Position numbers and translations under genes: made by a program
Assembly: GCA_963812015.1 (NCBI GenBank)
Contig: CAWETI010000003.1
Span: 1,632,001 to 1,696,000 of the forward strand
Length of the DNA: 64,000 nt
From: an uncultured delta proteobacterium
Lineage (GTDB): Bacteria; Desulfobacterota; Desulfobaccia; Desulfobaccales; 0-14-0-80-60-11
Direction: 5' to 3'
Part shown: piece after piece, positions 9,504 through 20,174 of the stretch
Layout of the letters: every line of letters begins with the position of its first letter
Numbering within the stretch: position 1 is the first letter of the stretch
Notes under the pieces: model-generated
Told to the model about the DNA's origin: nothing
Seen by the model: only the letters and a program-made list of their open reading frames with translations
The model's database searches: none

Positions 9504-10253
9504 GAAAAAAAGGGGTGAGGTTCCTGAGCCGCCCCGCCCCTTCCTCCACCATTCCTCAACCGCATGTCAGGTCCCGGTTCCGCTCCTGCTGGTCGGCCCT
9601 ATATATTTTCGCCCAGGGAAGCAAAACCGGGGGATGGGTCCCATACCCCCCCTCCAGTAGTTACTTACCTCCTCCGCACCCCAGAACGGTTTTTTCCGAT
9701 TGCCGAAACTGTCAAAGGCTTTCAACCCTGATTATTACCGACTCAACCTATTATTACGGGGTACTCAGGTCAACGGCTGGGGGGTGATTTTGGGAAGAGC
9801 CCCCCTGGTCCCCCCAATCCCCAAAATATTCAAAGCAAAAATCCGGCCGGGGAACGGGGTGTGGTGTTGAGGCTTTTGGGGCTGATTGGGTAATTGGTGA
9901 TCGCCGAGCTCCATTCCAACAGCACGCATCTTTTCCTGGAGATCTTCATACCAAGATCAGACAACCGCCACCTAATCCTCCACCACATCCACATATTGCT
10001 CCTTGGCACTTTCTATTGAAATATTCGCCTACCTGTGGGATAAGTTAGATCATCTGGATAAAACCCCAGGAGGGGTGCAATGATTCTTGTTGATGAAAGA
10101 GCCGGGATGCCCCGAGGGTGCAACTCGGTTTTTTGTTTTCCTGGCCTCTACACGCTCCATTCCGGGCCCGAACCGTTTATTCAGTTTTAGGGAACATTGT
10201 GGGGAGTGGCTTGAGAAAGATGTCGAAGCCCTAATGGTTGGAGAAGATTAACT

Positions 10254-11258
10254 ATGAAAAAACCTAAACTACCCCCCGGTTTTGAACCTGTCTATGACAA
10301 GCCCTTTGTCCCATGGTGGCAAAAAAAGGAGCAATGGGTCTGGATCATTTTTGTGGCGATCTATGTCACATTGCGTCCTTATTTCCCTGGTTGGGAATTC
10401 CTTCTGATTTACTGCTTGATAATAACGATAGGCCAGACTCTCTTGTCAAAGTTCGGCAAGGAAAAGAATTCGAGCAAGCAGGCTGAGCCATTAGCCAAAG
10501 AAATTCAGGATGAGGCGATTAAAAGTAAACATTATGGTGAGTGGTTGGAGAAGGAGGTAAAAGACCATCCTTCTCAAGTAGTTGAAGTAAAGAATATAGA
10601 GATTACTGGACCCAAAGATAAAGATACTGCCCTCACAGAATCCGATGAGGAGATCAAGAAAAAAATAGGAGCCGAACAAAGAAAGCAAATACCTATTGAG
10701 GAATCAAAAGATAATGTGACTACGATAATCGTTTGGTCGGTTATTATAGGATTGGTATTGATGCTTATTGCGGTAGTCATTAATAGCTCTCATACACCGC
10801 AAACAACAGGCCAATCTACAATACAGTTAGAACAGTTATTGAATAGAAATGGAATTGCTTTAATGGGAGAAGGCAATTATCATCAAGCAATCACCGAGTT
10901 TGATAAAATTATTGATTTAGAACCGTTGGATCATGCTGCATATAACAACCGGGGAGAGGTCTATCTAAGATTAAATAATCATAAACAAGCTATGGAAGAT
11001 TTTAATAGAGCAATAATTGCTATTAACCATGGACATGAACCTAATCCTAATGGTTTAGCAAGTTTTGCAGAAAGTAATAAAAGATTTGGTCTCTATATAC
11101 TAGAAGATTCTCTTCAAGCTAAGTATTATAGAAATCGTGGATTGGCTTACGAAAAATTGGGCAATAAGAACCAAGCAATCAAAGATTTGAAAATCGCTGC
11201 TAGGGTAGGCGATAAAGAGGCACAAAAGTATTTACTTTCAAAAGGGATGACTTGGTAG
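10254..11258 (+). CDS. Membrane-anchored TPR protein
   Basis: About 3 TM segments, then TPRs (AYNNRGEVYLRL...; YYRNRGLAYEKLG); AT-rich. Confidence 0.8.
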   Translation: MKKPKLPPGFEPVYDKPFVPWWQKKEQWVWIIFVAIYVTLRPYFPGWEFLLIYCLIITIGQTLLSKFGKEKNSSKQAEPLAKEIQDEAIKSKHYGEWLEKEVKDHPSQVVEVKNIEITGPKDKDTALTESDEEIKKKIGAEQRKQIPIEESKDNVTTIIVWSVIIGLVLMLIAVVINSSHTPQTTGQSTIQLEQLLNRNGIALMGEGNYHQAITEFDKIIDLEPLDHAAYNNRGEVYLRLNNHKQAMEDFNRAIIAINHGHEPNPNGLASFAESNKRFGLYILEDSLQAKYYRNRGLAYEKLGNKNQAIKDLKIAARVGDKEAQKYLLSKGMTW

Positions 11259-11586
11259 ATTTATCCCTCTGATCGCCGGTCTAATAAGGCCCGGTTAGCC
11301 CGTCGCCATCGGAAGACTACCCCCCGCCCAGGAGTGGATCATCCCACCTTGGTTTTCTCAGCAACCTTTATTCTTGGTTTAGGGAGAAGATGGTCCAGAT
11401 GGACAACCTCGATTTCGCCGCCGCCACCACCGCCACCGCCGACCAACGCTCCAGGGTCCTGGCCCGACCCTCGCCACCACCATCGCCTCTACCACCGGCC
11501 GCCCCCTGCCTGGAGCGTTTTCGGCCCTATCGAGGGGACATTCGGCCTTGCCGCCTCGCCTGCTCAGGCTGGACTGATTCCCCTTC

Positions 11587-12666
11587 CTATACCAGGCTAC
11601 GCCCTACGCCTTGGCCTCGGCGATAGAGGATATCAAGGTTCTTCTGGGCATTCACATCTCCCTGGTCGGCGGCCTTGCGAAACCACCTGGCCGCCTCGAC
11701 ATAATCCTGGGGTACGCCTTTGCCATCGTAATACAGTCCTCCAAGATTGTTCTGGGCAGCCGCATAACCCTGGTCGGCAGCCTTACGATACCATCTGGCT
11801 GCCTCGGCATAATCCTGGGGTACGCCTTGACCATAGTCGTATAGGAGACCCAGGCCGTACTGGGCAGCCGCAATACCCTGGTCGGCGGCCTTGCGATACC
11901 ACCTGGCCGCCTCGGCATAATCTTGGGGTACGCCTTGGCCCTTTTCATACTGGACTCCCAGGTTCATTTGGGCATCCGCATTCCCCTGGTCGGCGGCCTT
12001 GCGAAACCACCTGGCCGCCTCGGCATAATCCTGGGGTACACCTTGGCCCTTGTAATAAAGTTCTCCCAGGTTAGCCTGGGCAGCCGCATATCCCTGGTCG
12101 GCAGCCTTTCGGTACCATCTGGCCGCCTCAGCATAATCCTGGGGTACGCCTTGGCCCTTTTTATGCAGGACACCAAGGTTTCTTTGGGCATTCACATCTC
12201 CCTGGTCGGCGGCCTTGCGAAACCACCTGGCCGCCTCAACATTATCCTGGGGTACGCCTTGGCCCAGGTAATACAGCGCTCCCAGGTTATTCTGGGCATC
12301 CGCATAACCTTGGGCCGCAGCCTTCCGATACCACCTGGCAGCCTCAGCATAATCCTGGGGCACGCCTTGGCCCTTGTCATATAGGTAACCAAGGTTCTTC
12401 TGGGCAACTGCATTCCCCTGGTCGGCGGCCTTGCGAAACCACCTGGCCGCCTCGGCATAATCCTGGGGTACGCCTTTGCCATCGTAATACAGCCTTCCCA
12501 GGTTCTTCTGAGCATCCGCATCCCCCTGGTCGGTGGCCTCCGTCAATGGCCCACCAGCAGTAGAGATTGCTGTAGATGGGATTTCAGTTGGACTTGTGGT
12601 TACACAACCAGCCCCAGATAAAATCAAGGATCCAATGAGAAGAAAAAATGTTAAATTCCGCAACAT
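11587..12666 (-). CDS. Sel1-like repeat lipoprotein (8 full and 1 partial 36-aa repeats)
   Basis: Lipobox-like GAGC; repeated AQxNLGxLYxxGQGVPQDYAEAARW(F/Y)RKAADQG. Confidence 0.92.
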   Translation of the reverse strand: MLRNLTFFLLIGSLILSGAGCVTTSPTEIPSTAISTAGGPLTEATDQGDADAQKNLGRLYYDGKGVPQDYAEAARWFRKAADQGNAVAQKNLGYLYDKGQGVPQDYAEAARWYRKAAAQGYADAQNNLGALYYLGQGVPQDNVEAARWFRKAADQGDVNAQRNLGVLHKKGQGVPQDYAEAARWYRKAADQGYAAAQANLGELYYKGQGVPQDYAEAARWFRKAADQGNADAQMNLGVQYEKGQGVPQDYAEAARWYRKAADQGIAAAQYGLGLLYDYGQGVPQDYAEAARWYRKAADQGYAAAQNNLGGLYYDGKGVPQDYVEAARWFRKAADQGDVNAQKNLDILYRRGQGVGRSLV

Positions 12667-12681
12667 ATTGATCCTCAGCTA

Positions 12682-13008
12682 TCAATGATTTAATTGCCAA
12701 GAATTATGGGATTTCTGACCCTCTCGCATCTTTTTGACCTTTTTCTTATTGGCAACCTGTGATTGGCTGTAGGCCGATTCCCGGCGGCTATTTGCCGCAC
12801 TTTCTTCTGCCGCCTCTCTTTGCTGGCGAGCTGCTCTTTCCCCGGCTGCAGATTTCTCCTGGTCTCTCCTTTCCATCTGTTCCAACTTCTGTTTGACAAA
12901 AGGGTCATCAATATATTTCTCTGGATGTGGGGGGTGGTAATCTCCCGCAGAGGATATAGAAGTCCAACACCAAGAAATGACCAAAAGAACCCACACCATT
13001 TTCTTCAT
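12682..13008 (-). CDS. Small exported hypothetical protein
   Basis: AAGGAG RBS, MKKMVWVLL signal peptide, co-oriented upstream of the Sel1 gene. Confidence 0.55.
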   Translation of the reverse strand: MKKMVWVLLVISWCWTSISSAGDYHPPHPEKYIDDPFVKQKLEQMERRDQEKSAAGERAARQQREAAEESAANSRRESAYSQSQVANKKKVKKMREGQKSHNSWQLNH

Positions 13009-13490
13009 AGCGGCCAACTCCTTTGCCAACCACCTTAAAAGATATAGGACCAAAAGATATAGGGGACTTTCTGAATAATACGGCTAAAAATTCTTATTTT
13101 AATTGGAGAAACCCCTGATGAGACTTAGCCCAAAGCGCCCCTTCCCTTATCATCCCCCGACTTTGAAGAAACCCAGCTCCATAAGTTCATAGGAAAAACT
13201 GACCGGATGACATGACCTTCAGGGGCGATTCCTGGACTTCTATGTGGGGCACCCTTACTTTACCCCCCTGGCCCACACCTGATCGTGCCTTTTTGGCTTT
13301 CAAAATGGGCCCTCAGCCCTGTGACCACCTCCAATCGATCCATCACTCTAATATAACCTGTGGATCAGTTTGCTGGGGAGGCAGATCAGGAGTCTCATCT
13401 CTGGGTTTGAAGACTCTAATAAGCCTTGTCAAAACCCCTTTTTTGAAGGTATGCTGAATGAACTAAATAGATCAAAATGAGATCCACGCC

Positions 13491-14465
13491 ATGGAATTCG
13501 ATAGCTTATTGGAATTTATTGGGAAGCAGATGAGCATGAGCCATATTTATCAACCCCTCCTGATAAAATCTCTTGTAGAGGCAGGGGGGTCAGCAACTCT
13601 GAGGCAATTAGCTCAAGCCTTTCTTCTCCAGGATGAAAGTCAACTGATCTATTATGAAAACAAAATCAAACAAATGCCTTTGAGGGTTTTATTAAAACAT
13701 AATGTAATTAAGAGAGATGGTGAATTTATTTCACTAAACACTAAGAATCTAACTTACCAACAAAAAGCCCAAATAAAGATGATTTGTGGAAAGAGGTTGC
13801 AAGAATATATCCAGAAAAAGGGTCTGGGCATATGGGATTATCGAATACTTGATACTGAACCAGTTTCTGGGAGTTTGCGATCCATAGTTTTTAATGAAAG
13901 TGGAGGCCGTTGTGCCAAGTGCGGAATAACTAAAAGAGACCGACCATTAGATGTAGACCACATAAAACCTCGCTCAAAAAAAGGGAAGACTGTTTACGAA
14001 AATCTTCAAATTTTATGCTCAAAATGTAATCGTGAAAAAGGAAATAAAGAAGAAATTGATTACAGAAAAGACCTCCCCTCAGACTCTGATCCATCTTGTC
14101 TTTTTTGTTCTGCGGATATTCGGGACAGAAAAATTGAAGAGTATGAATCTGTTTTTGCCGTAAAAGATAACTTCCCAGTTTCTCAAGGGCATCTTCTTGT
14201 CATTCCTTTTAGGCACTCTCCCGATTTTTTCAGCATGACTTCAAGGGAAAAAATGGAAGCAGCGGATCTAATCCGCATCTTGCAAAAAAAAATATCTCAA
14301 GATGATCCATCAGTCACAGGATTCAATTTAGGGGTAAACTGCGGCATATCCGCTGGGCAAACCATTATGCACGCCCACATCCACTTAATTCCCCGGAGAG
14401 ATGGCGATACTCCTGACCCCAGAGGTGGGGTACGAGGGGTGATCCCAGAAAAGATGGCTTATTGA
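13491..14465 (+). CDS. HNH endonuclease-HIT hydrolase fusion
   Basis: CAKC...LDVDHIKP...ENLQILCSKCN (HNH), then CLFC...FPVSQGHLLVIP...AGQTIMHAHIHLIPRR (HIT triad). Confidence 0.9.
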   Translation: MEFDSLLEFIGKQMSMSHIYQPLLIKSLVEAGGSATLRQLAQAFLLQDESQLIYYENKIKQMPLRVLLKHNVIKRDGEFISLNTKNLTYQQKAQIKMICGKRLQEYIQKKGLGIWDYRILDTEPVSGSLRSIVFNESGGRCAKCGITKRDRPLDVDHIKPRSKKGKTVYENLQILCSKCNREKGNKEEIDYRKDLPSDSDPSCLFCSADIRDRKIEEYESVFAVKDNFPVSQGHLLVIPFRHSPDFFSMTSREKMEAADLIRILQKKISQDDPSVTGFNLGVNCGISAGQTIMHAHIHLIPRRDGDTPDPRGGVRGVIPEKMAY

Positions 14466-14869
14466 TCGTGACTCCTATGAAAACTGTGACTGCGGCGATT
14501 TTGATTGTCGAAGGCAGGATATTGATTGCCAAAAGAAGGTTTGGGGACAGACTTGCGGAAAAATGGGAGTTTCCTGGGGGGAAGATAGAGCATGGAGAAA
14601 CCCCAGAGCAATGTTTGAGGAGAGAGATACTGGAAGAATTTCAGATCAAAGTTTCCATAGGCCAATTTTTTGGCGAAAGCATTTACCATTATGACCATGG
14701 CTCCATCAGGCTATTAGCCTATCGCACTTATTGGGAAAGTGGAGAATTAATTTCCAAGGCCCATGAGGAATATCAATGGATATCCCAGGATCAGCTAAAA
14801 GATTATGACTTTGCTCCTGCTGATATTCCATTCGTCGAGATGTTGAGGAGGGGTGAAATTGAGCTTTGA
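14462..14869 (+). CDS. MutT/NudG-like NUDIX (d)NTP pyrophosphohydrolase
   Basis: WEFPGGKIEHGETPEQCLRREILEEF Nudix box; C-terminal FAPADIP. Confidence 0.92.
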   Translation: MIVTPMKTVTAAILIVEGRILIAKRRFGDRLAEKWEFPGGKIEHGETPEQCLRREILEEFQIKVSIGQFFGESIYHYDHGSIRLLAYRTYWESGELISKAHEEYQWISQDQLKDYDFAPADIPFVEMLRRGEIEL

Positions 14870-15677
14870 GCATGGCCTAAAGCCTGGAAATACCATCTCC
14901 AATAAGGAGCTCCAGGAGCTATTCAAATGCAGTTCGCAAGGGGGCATGCGTCGCTCTCATCAAACCAATACTCTGGTCATCGTCTCCGATCCTACCAAAG
15001 CCATTTATGAAGACCGCTGGATAGATGGCATGTTTCATTATACAGGCATGGGGTTGGAGGGTGATCAGAGTCTTAATTTTGCCCAAAACAAGACATTAGC
15101 AAGATCTCAAAGCTCTGTGATTGAAATCTTTCTGTTCGAGGTCTTCGAGCGGGGCAATTATACCTTCATCGGTAAGGTGGAATTGGCAGGCTCTCCTTAT
15201 CAAGAAGAGCAACTTGATAAAAATGAAAACCTGCGCAAGGTATGGGTATTCCCGCTAAAAACAGCAGCGGGGGAAGCCCATGTTTCTTTACCAGAAACCA
15301 CTTTTTTGAAAAAGGTGAAGCAAAAGGAGAGAGAGGCCAGAAGGCTTTCCAACAAAGAACTGGAAAAGCGAGCCACCTTCTCTAAGAAAGGAGTGGGAGT
15401 TAGGGAAGTTTTTTCGAAAGCCTTCGAGCGCAATCCTTATGTGGCTGAACTCGCCAAACGGAAGGCCAACGGTCTTTGCCAGCTTTGTGAGAACCCCGCC
15501 CCTTTTCAGGATGGGGCTGGAAAACCCTTCTTAGAGACTCACCACATCGAGTGGCTATCTATGGGTGGGGATGACAGTATTGTTAATACTGTTGCCCTTT
15601 GCCCCAATTGCCACAGGAAGATGCACATCCTAAACCTCAAGGCAGATATAGAGAAGTTGGAATCCAATGCTCCCTGA
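14853..15677 (+). CDS. SRA-like domain + HNH nuclease (McrA/ScoMcrA-like, putative modification-dependent restriction enzyme)
   Basis: QGGMRRS...TNTLVIVSD...YEDRW...HYTGMGLEGDQ N-domain; ERNPYV...CQLC...FLETHHIEWLSMGGDD...NTVALCPNCHRKMH. Confidence 0.85.
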   Translation: MKLSFEHGLKPGNTISNKELQELFKCSSQGGMRRSHQTNTLVIVSDPTKAIYEDRWIDGMFHYTGMGLEGDQSLNFAQNKTLARSQSSVIEIFLFEVFERGNYTFIGKVELAGSPYQEEQLDKNENLRKVWVFPLKTAAGEAHVSLPETTFLKKVKQKEREARRLSNKELEKRATFSKKGVGVREVFSKAFERNPYVAELAKRKANGLCQLCENPAPFQDGAGKPFLETHHIEWLSMGGDDSIVNTVALCPNCHRKMHILNLKADIEKLESNAP

Positions 15678-16696
15678 GAGTTTCTGGCGGCAGTCCCAGG
15701 ATCCAGTTTGGAGCGTTGAGGGCAATCTGGGACTCTTGCCAGGGCTGCAGCCTTTCCTTCAATCTGCCGCATCTTATCGCTTCAATTTTTAGCATAAGGT
15801 CCTATCATGGCCGAAAAGCCCTAAAAAGCTCCAGAAGTCGATTTCAAAACGGCCATCACCGGCGCCACCACCACCGCTGCGGCCGCAGCCACGGCAGCCA
15901 CCGCCTCCATCTGGCCCAGCCTTGGTGTTGACCATCAAAAAAGAGGGCGGCGCCACCGGACAGGCTGCCCCCCCCGATCAGATCGCCCCGCCTGAGAACT
16001 CTCACGCAGTCAAATCCTGGCCAGGGAGGACAAAATGCCCAAAAAGCCCACCATCGAGCAGGATATCGACTGGGACGCTGCCGTCACGGGTCCCGCCATC
16101 CATGCCGTTACCCGGACAGATTAGTCTCCCGTAAAAAACGACTCCCGGCCAGAACCGATAAGCCCGCTAAGGCCCGGAATATGCATTTATTACATGAAAG
16201 TCATTCTGGCAATAATTCCAATAATGTTCTTATCTCAGAGAAGGTCGTTGATGGGAGAGATATGGAGAATGTAGGTATTGGAGATAAGAGCAGCCGGGAC
16301 TTCCAGTTCGCCCCGTAGGACCTCAGATTCCTGGTCCTATTCCTATCAGGAAAGTAAACCATAGATTCCGCAATGATTAAAGTAACTTATGCGGATCTTC
16401 CCAAAACCACCAGGTACGATAGGGCCCGGAAAGTCGTAAAAACCTTTTGCGTCTTCGGTGGAAGACAAGGCAAATATGTTTCTGGATGTGCGCCCGAGAG
16501 AGGTAGAAGTAGCCGCAAATATATAGAAATTAGTCGATAAGGGGAGGTGTTAACAGGTCAAGCTCAACGCCTTATCCCTGGCGGCCAAATGCCTCATGCT
16601 CACCCAGGAGCCCGGACAGACCCACTACGGGGTGCTGGCATCCTTTCTTAGGTTTGTTGCGCTTCATTAAGGCTGCATTGTCGGGGTCCCCCCCCT

Positions 16697-17002
16697 TCAC
16701 CCTTGACCTTCATCCTGGGCGTTTGACAATTTTTCTCTATTCTCTGATAGAGTTGAATCCGAAATCCGGCCCTTTTGACGGGCTTCTCTGGCCTTTCTGA
16801 GCCTCTCTATCTGGGCCGGGGTTGCTTCCCGTTTTACCGTCCCCGGCCGCTTGCCGGATCGGTACGGATGCAAGGAGCAGCTATGAACTGGACAAAGGCT
16901 CACCTCTTGGCTTGACCCGCAGCAACAATCCAAGCATCGGCGCCTGATTGCCCGCAGGGGGCTATAGATATGGATCTCACCATCTTTAGTTCCGCAAGAC
17001 AT
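16697..17002 (-). CDS. Cys-rich hypothetical mobile-element protein
   Basis: SPLRAIRRRCLDCC...EVSLCP...CSLHPYRxG pattern; GGAGG RBS. Confidence 0.6.
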   Translation of the reverse strand: MSCGTKDGEIHIYSPLRAIRRRCLDCCCGSSQEVSLCPVHSCSLHPYRSGKRPGTVKREATPAQIERLRKAREARQKGRISDSTLSENREKLSNAQDEGQG

Positions 17003-17043
17003 GGTTTTTCCCTCCTATCGGTCACCACAGGAATAGCTTGGCA

Positions 17044-17340
17044 TCAATGACGCACCCTCAAGCTGGGGTTGAACTCCTCCAACTCCCCCCAATAACAAGC
17101 CATGCACAGCGGCACCCCGTTGAAGGTCCCGAAAAATACGCCGCCGCATTGTGGGCAGAAGGAGCGTAGAAAATACAAGACGGCATCTTTATGCTGGCGC
17201 ACCAGGTCCAGGAGAGGGGACACCGCCGCTGGGTCTGGGGCATCCTGACCTTCGTACCTTAACCGGATACTCTCGCCTTCCAGGTGGGGCCGGTAGCCCA
17301 TGTGGGCCAGCTTCCGCACCGCCTCAATTCCAGGGTTCAT
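17044..17340 (-). CDS. Small hypothetical protein (TubC_N-like N-terminus, zinc-finger C-terminus) coupled to the primase gene
   Basis: ATGA overlap with the primase stop; LEGESIRLR...VRQHKDAVL; CPQC...CMAC. Confidence 0.6.
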   Translation of the reverse strand: MNPGIEAVRKLAHMGYRPHLEGESIRLRYEGQDAPDPAAVSPLLDLVRQHKDAVLYFLRSFCPQCGGVFFGTFNGVPLCMACYWGELEEFNPSLRVRH

Positions 17341-19682
17341 CGGATCACCACCTCCTTGAGGTCTTTATCGGGATTCAGGGGCTGCCCCTCGACCTTAACA
17401 ACCTGGTCTATGGCCTCATCCCGCCCATCAATTATCGACAAACCGGGGTCCGGGGTAGCCGGGTCATTTGGCTCCGGGTCACGCATCTCAGAAGGAGGGG
17501 GATTAGATTCATCGGTATCCCCTGCAACAGTGCAACACCAGGAATCATCGTTAATGATTTCAGCATCTTGAGGTGTTGCACCAATTGATGCGCTATTGGG
17601 AGCAGGTGCACCAGCGCAACAGGCTTTCAGCCACTGAGGGTCAGGCAATCCCTGGATTTCTGGCAGTGGTTCACCCATTTGCAGGTCCCACGGTTGTCCC
17701 TTTTTGGTTTCCCGGTTGACTATCCAGCCCCGTTTAATGGCTGCGTTCACCCGGCGGGAGGCCGTACTGCGGTGGATGCCAAGTCGAGCCGCCAAAGTGG
17801 TGGCCGTGATGCTCTTGCCCCTATCGAGCATCTCCGTGACCGCCTGAACAGTGGCCCGCAGTTCTGTTGATGCCCCGGTCAAGGTGGCCTCATACATCGG
17901 CCCCACCAGTTCATAGACCGTGGCGTAATCCTCAATCTGGGCGATGACCTGTCCGTCCTTATTTCTTTGGCGCTGCCTATGACGGATGATTGCCACAGAT
18001 TTAATCAAGGAAGTGAGCCTGGCAAAGTCCCGCATGATCCGTGTCGCTGTGGCCCTGCGTGCAATCTCAGATGCAAGTTCCTTGATAAAGGGCACTACCG
18101 CCTCCCAAGGAACCAGGGATTGAAGGTAACTTTGAAAGGCGATAAGTGCGTCATCCGGGGCCGTGGCCCCGTTCAGTTCCAGTTCAGCCTGGGCAAGAAG
18201 GGCCGCCCCGATTTTGTCCGGGGTATCCATCACATCAAGGGAAAAAACTCTGGTATCAAGCTGGTATCCCAAGCGTCGGGTTGAGGTAGAGATCATCACG
18301 GTGGGGCCGGGCTTGTGGATCTCTTTGACGCCGTATTCCCCTGTCTCGGGGTTTTTGATGGTTACTTTGTAGCTTAAGCTATGCTCTTGCAGGAGTGTCC
18401 GCACCGCCGATGCCGCCGGATTGTCTTCGCCTGCTGGTAAGGAGTCAGCCTCCCCAAAAATCAGGACCCGGTGTTGGAGGTCGGCATCGTCATAAATCAG
18501 TACCCGTGGAGAACCGGCGTCAATGACATGGTAGGCTTCTTCTGGTAGGAGCCGGATAACGATCCCCAGGAGATAGGATTTCCCGGCACCGGCCTGAGCC
18601 ACCAGCAGTAGGTGGACCGGCATAGCCCCGGATCGCATCGCCAGCAACCGTGAGGTGGCGGCAAGATAGGTAATCATCGGCTGCCCCACATCGCCGCCAT
18701 ACCCCTGGGAAAGAATGGCCTGGCGCACGAGGGCCAGAGGGTCAGGGGTCAATAGGACTGCCTCAGCAGCCTTTTCCAGTTCTTTTAGCCTGGCTGCACG
18801 CTCCGTCTGGCGAAGCGTCTCAGCCGGGATTGCTGCCGATTTGAGTTTGTCCAGCAGGGCCGGAATATCTTCACCTTTGAGGTGGGCTTCATTCAGGTCT
18901 TTGAAGCCATCCGGGGCCGGAATGACCTTCAGAGCAGGGATGTGTTTGAGAATCTTTCCGGGTAGTTCCGGTGCGTCGGGCTCCTGCCAGAGATAGACCG
19001 TCAATCCTTTCAGGAGTTCAACCCACGCAGGCTTTAATGTGGATTTTCCCGGCAACCCCAGGGCGGGGATACCATGAGGCCAGCATGTCCAGCAGTCGGT
19101 TTCTCCTTCCACCAGCAGAACCCAACCGGCCTCCCGAATATGCCGAAGCCGCCAGAGCCCATAGAGCAGAACCTTATCGCCTTTACGCCAGGTAAAGCGT
19201 TGGGCTCCGGTGAGGCAATGCCGGAAACGCACCCCCACAACTTCGCCAGCTTCATTCATGTATGGAATTCGTACGACTATTGCACCACGCTGTTTAGCCT
19301 GCAATACCCCCCAGGCTTTCAACCCTGTTGGGCCATCTACTTGAAAACCCTTGGCCTTCGCCAGTTCTTCAAGGGTCAAACCGGGAGGTGTTGCGGTGTT
19401 GCACCCCTTACCGGCAGATTTATCACCCCCTCCCTTCCTCTTCCCGTTGCCGGAAGTCCATAAACCCCGTTCCTTCAGGGAGGCAATCACCCGATCTTGG
19501 GGGCAGCCGCCGAAACATTTAACCAAGATTTTCCCGTCTTTCTCGGTCACCGATAGGGAAGGGGTAGAATCGTCGTGAGCCGGACAATGCACCAAGCCAC
19601 CGGGTTTGTGGCAACCACAGGCAGGATCATCGCATTGCAGGGCCTGCCGGATGGTTTCGACGGTAGGCGTCTGGGGGTTCAT
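17337..19682 (-). CDS. Primase-helicase-like replication protein (zinc finger, TOPRIM, P-loop ATPase, wHTH)
   Basis: CPAHDDSTPSLSV...CFGGC; LVEGETD (TOPRIM); AQAGAGKS Walker A; C-terminal TLAARLGIHRSTASRRV HTH. Confidence 0.85.
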   Translation of the reverse strand: MNPQTPTVETIRQALQCDDPACGCHKPGGLVHCPAHDDSTPSLSVTEKDGKILVKCFGGCPQDRVIASLKERGLWTSGNGKRKGGGDKSAGKGCNTATPPGLTLEELAKAKGFQVDGPTGLKAWGVLQAKQRGAIVVRIPYMNEAGEVVGVRFRHCLTGAQRFTWRKGDKVLLYGLWRLRHIREAGWVLLVEGETDCWTCWPHGIPALGLPGKSTLKPAWVELLKGLTVYLWQEPDAPELPGKILKHIPALKVIPAPDGFKDLNEAHLKGEDIPALLDKLKSAAIPAETLRQTERAARLKELEKAAEAVLLTPDPLALVRQAILSQGYGGDVGQPMITYLAATSRLLAMRSGAMPVHLLLVAQAGAGKSYLLGIVIRLLPEEAYHVIDAGSPRVLIYDDADLQHRVLIFGEADSLPAGEDNPAASAVRTLLQEHSLSYKVTIKNPETGEYGVKEIHKPGPTVMISTSTRRLGYQLDTRVFSLDVMDTPDKIGAALLAQAELELNGATAPDDALIAFQSYLQSLVPWEAVVPFIKELASEIARRATATRIMRDFARLTSLIKSVAIIRHRQRQRNKDGQVIAQIEDYATVYELVGPMYEATLTGASTELRATVQAVTEMLDRGKSITATTLAARLGIHRSTASRRVNAAIKRGWIVNRETKKGQPWDLQMGEPLPEIQGLPDPQWLKACCAGAPAPNSASIGATPQDAEIINDDSWCCTVAGDTDESNPPPSEMRDPEPNDPATPDPGLSIIDGRDEAIDQVVKVEGQPLNPDKDLKEVVIR

Positions 19683-19885
19683 TCTCCCGCTCCCCGCCGG
19701 GTCCGGGGTTCAACGACGGCATTATTTATGAATTCTTGAATGTCTTCGACATGAAGCATTGTACGCCTCCCGATCTTCCGATAACGGATACGCCGCTGAC
19801 TGATCCAGCCACGCAAAGTAAAGACTGAAATGTTCAATCGTTCGGCTGCCTCTCCCACACTAAGAAGTTGATGAACTCGATTCAT
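19679..19885 (-). CDS. Excisionase-like HTH_17 DNA-binding protein
   Basis: LLSVGEAAERLNISVFTLRGWI...YRKIGRR. Confidence 0.88.
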   Translation of the reverse strand: MNRVHQLLSVGEAAERLNISVFTLRGWISQRRIRYRKIGRRTMLHVEDIQEFINNAVVEPRTRRGAGE

Positions 19886-20174
19886 TTGCTTCCCCTTTCT
19901 GAATAATTAATAAGATCCATAGGCATTATTATCAGGGAAACAAAACCAATGTACAACAACCAACATTATATGTTGTTCATTATTGCTTGGCAAAGAACAT
20001 CAAGATTTCTGGGAAACACTTATTTTCTGCCAAATTGAATAAAAGTGGCGTAATTAAGATGGCAAAAATTAATCAGAAATCAGAAAATAAGCGATTTATT
20101 GCCAAGTAACTTTATGGGGGTATGAATTTTTCGGGGCAGGGGTATTAGTGAGGCGGTGTGATTATTATATCAAG

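Noticed and set aside
9600..9870. Possible cos/pac packaging site in G/C-run-rich non-coding DNA
   Set aside because: No terminase gene nearby and no recognisable consensus; cannot be supported from sequence alone
11334..12074. 246-aa repetitive plus-strand ORF, and similar long antisense or alternate-frame ORFs over the TPR, kinase, sulfatase and PaaK genes
   Set aside because: Shadows of GC-rich or repetitive genes on another strand or frame; no independent motifs
11587..12560. CRISPR-like periodic repeats
   Set aside because: The 108-bp period is in-frame Sel1 coding sequence; no unique spacers and no cas genes
15680..16690. Short ORFs and CCA/CCG-rich tracts loosely resembling 11400-11500
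   Set aside because: Low-complexity similarity only; no convincing gene or repeat boundaries
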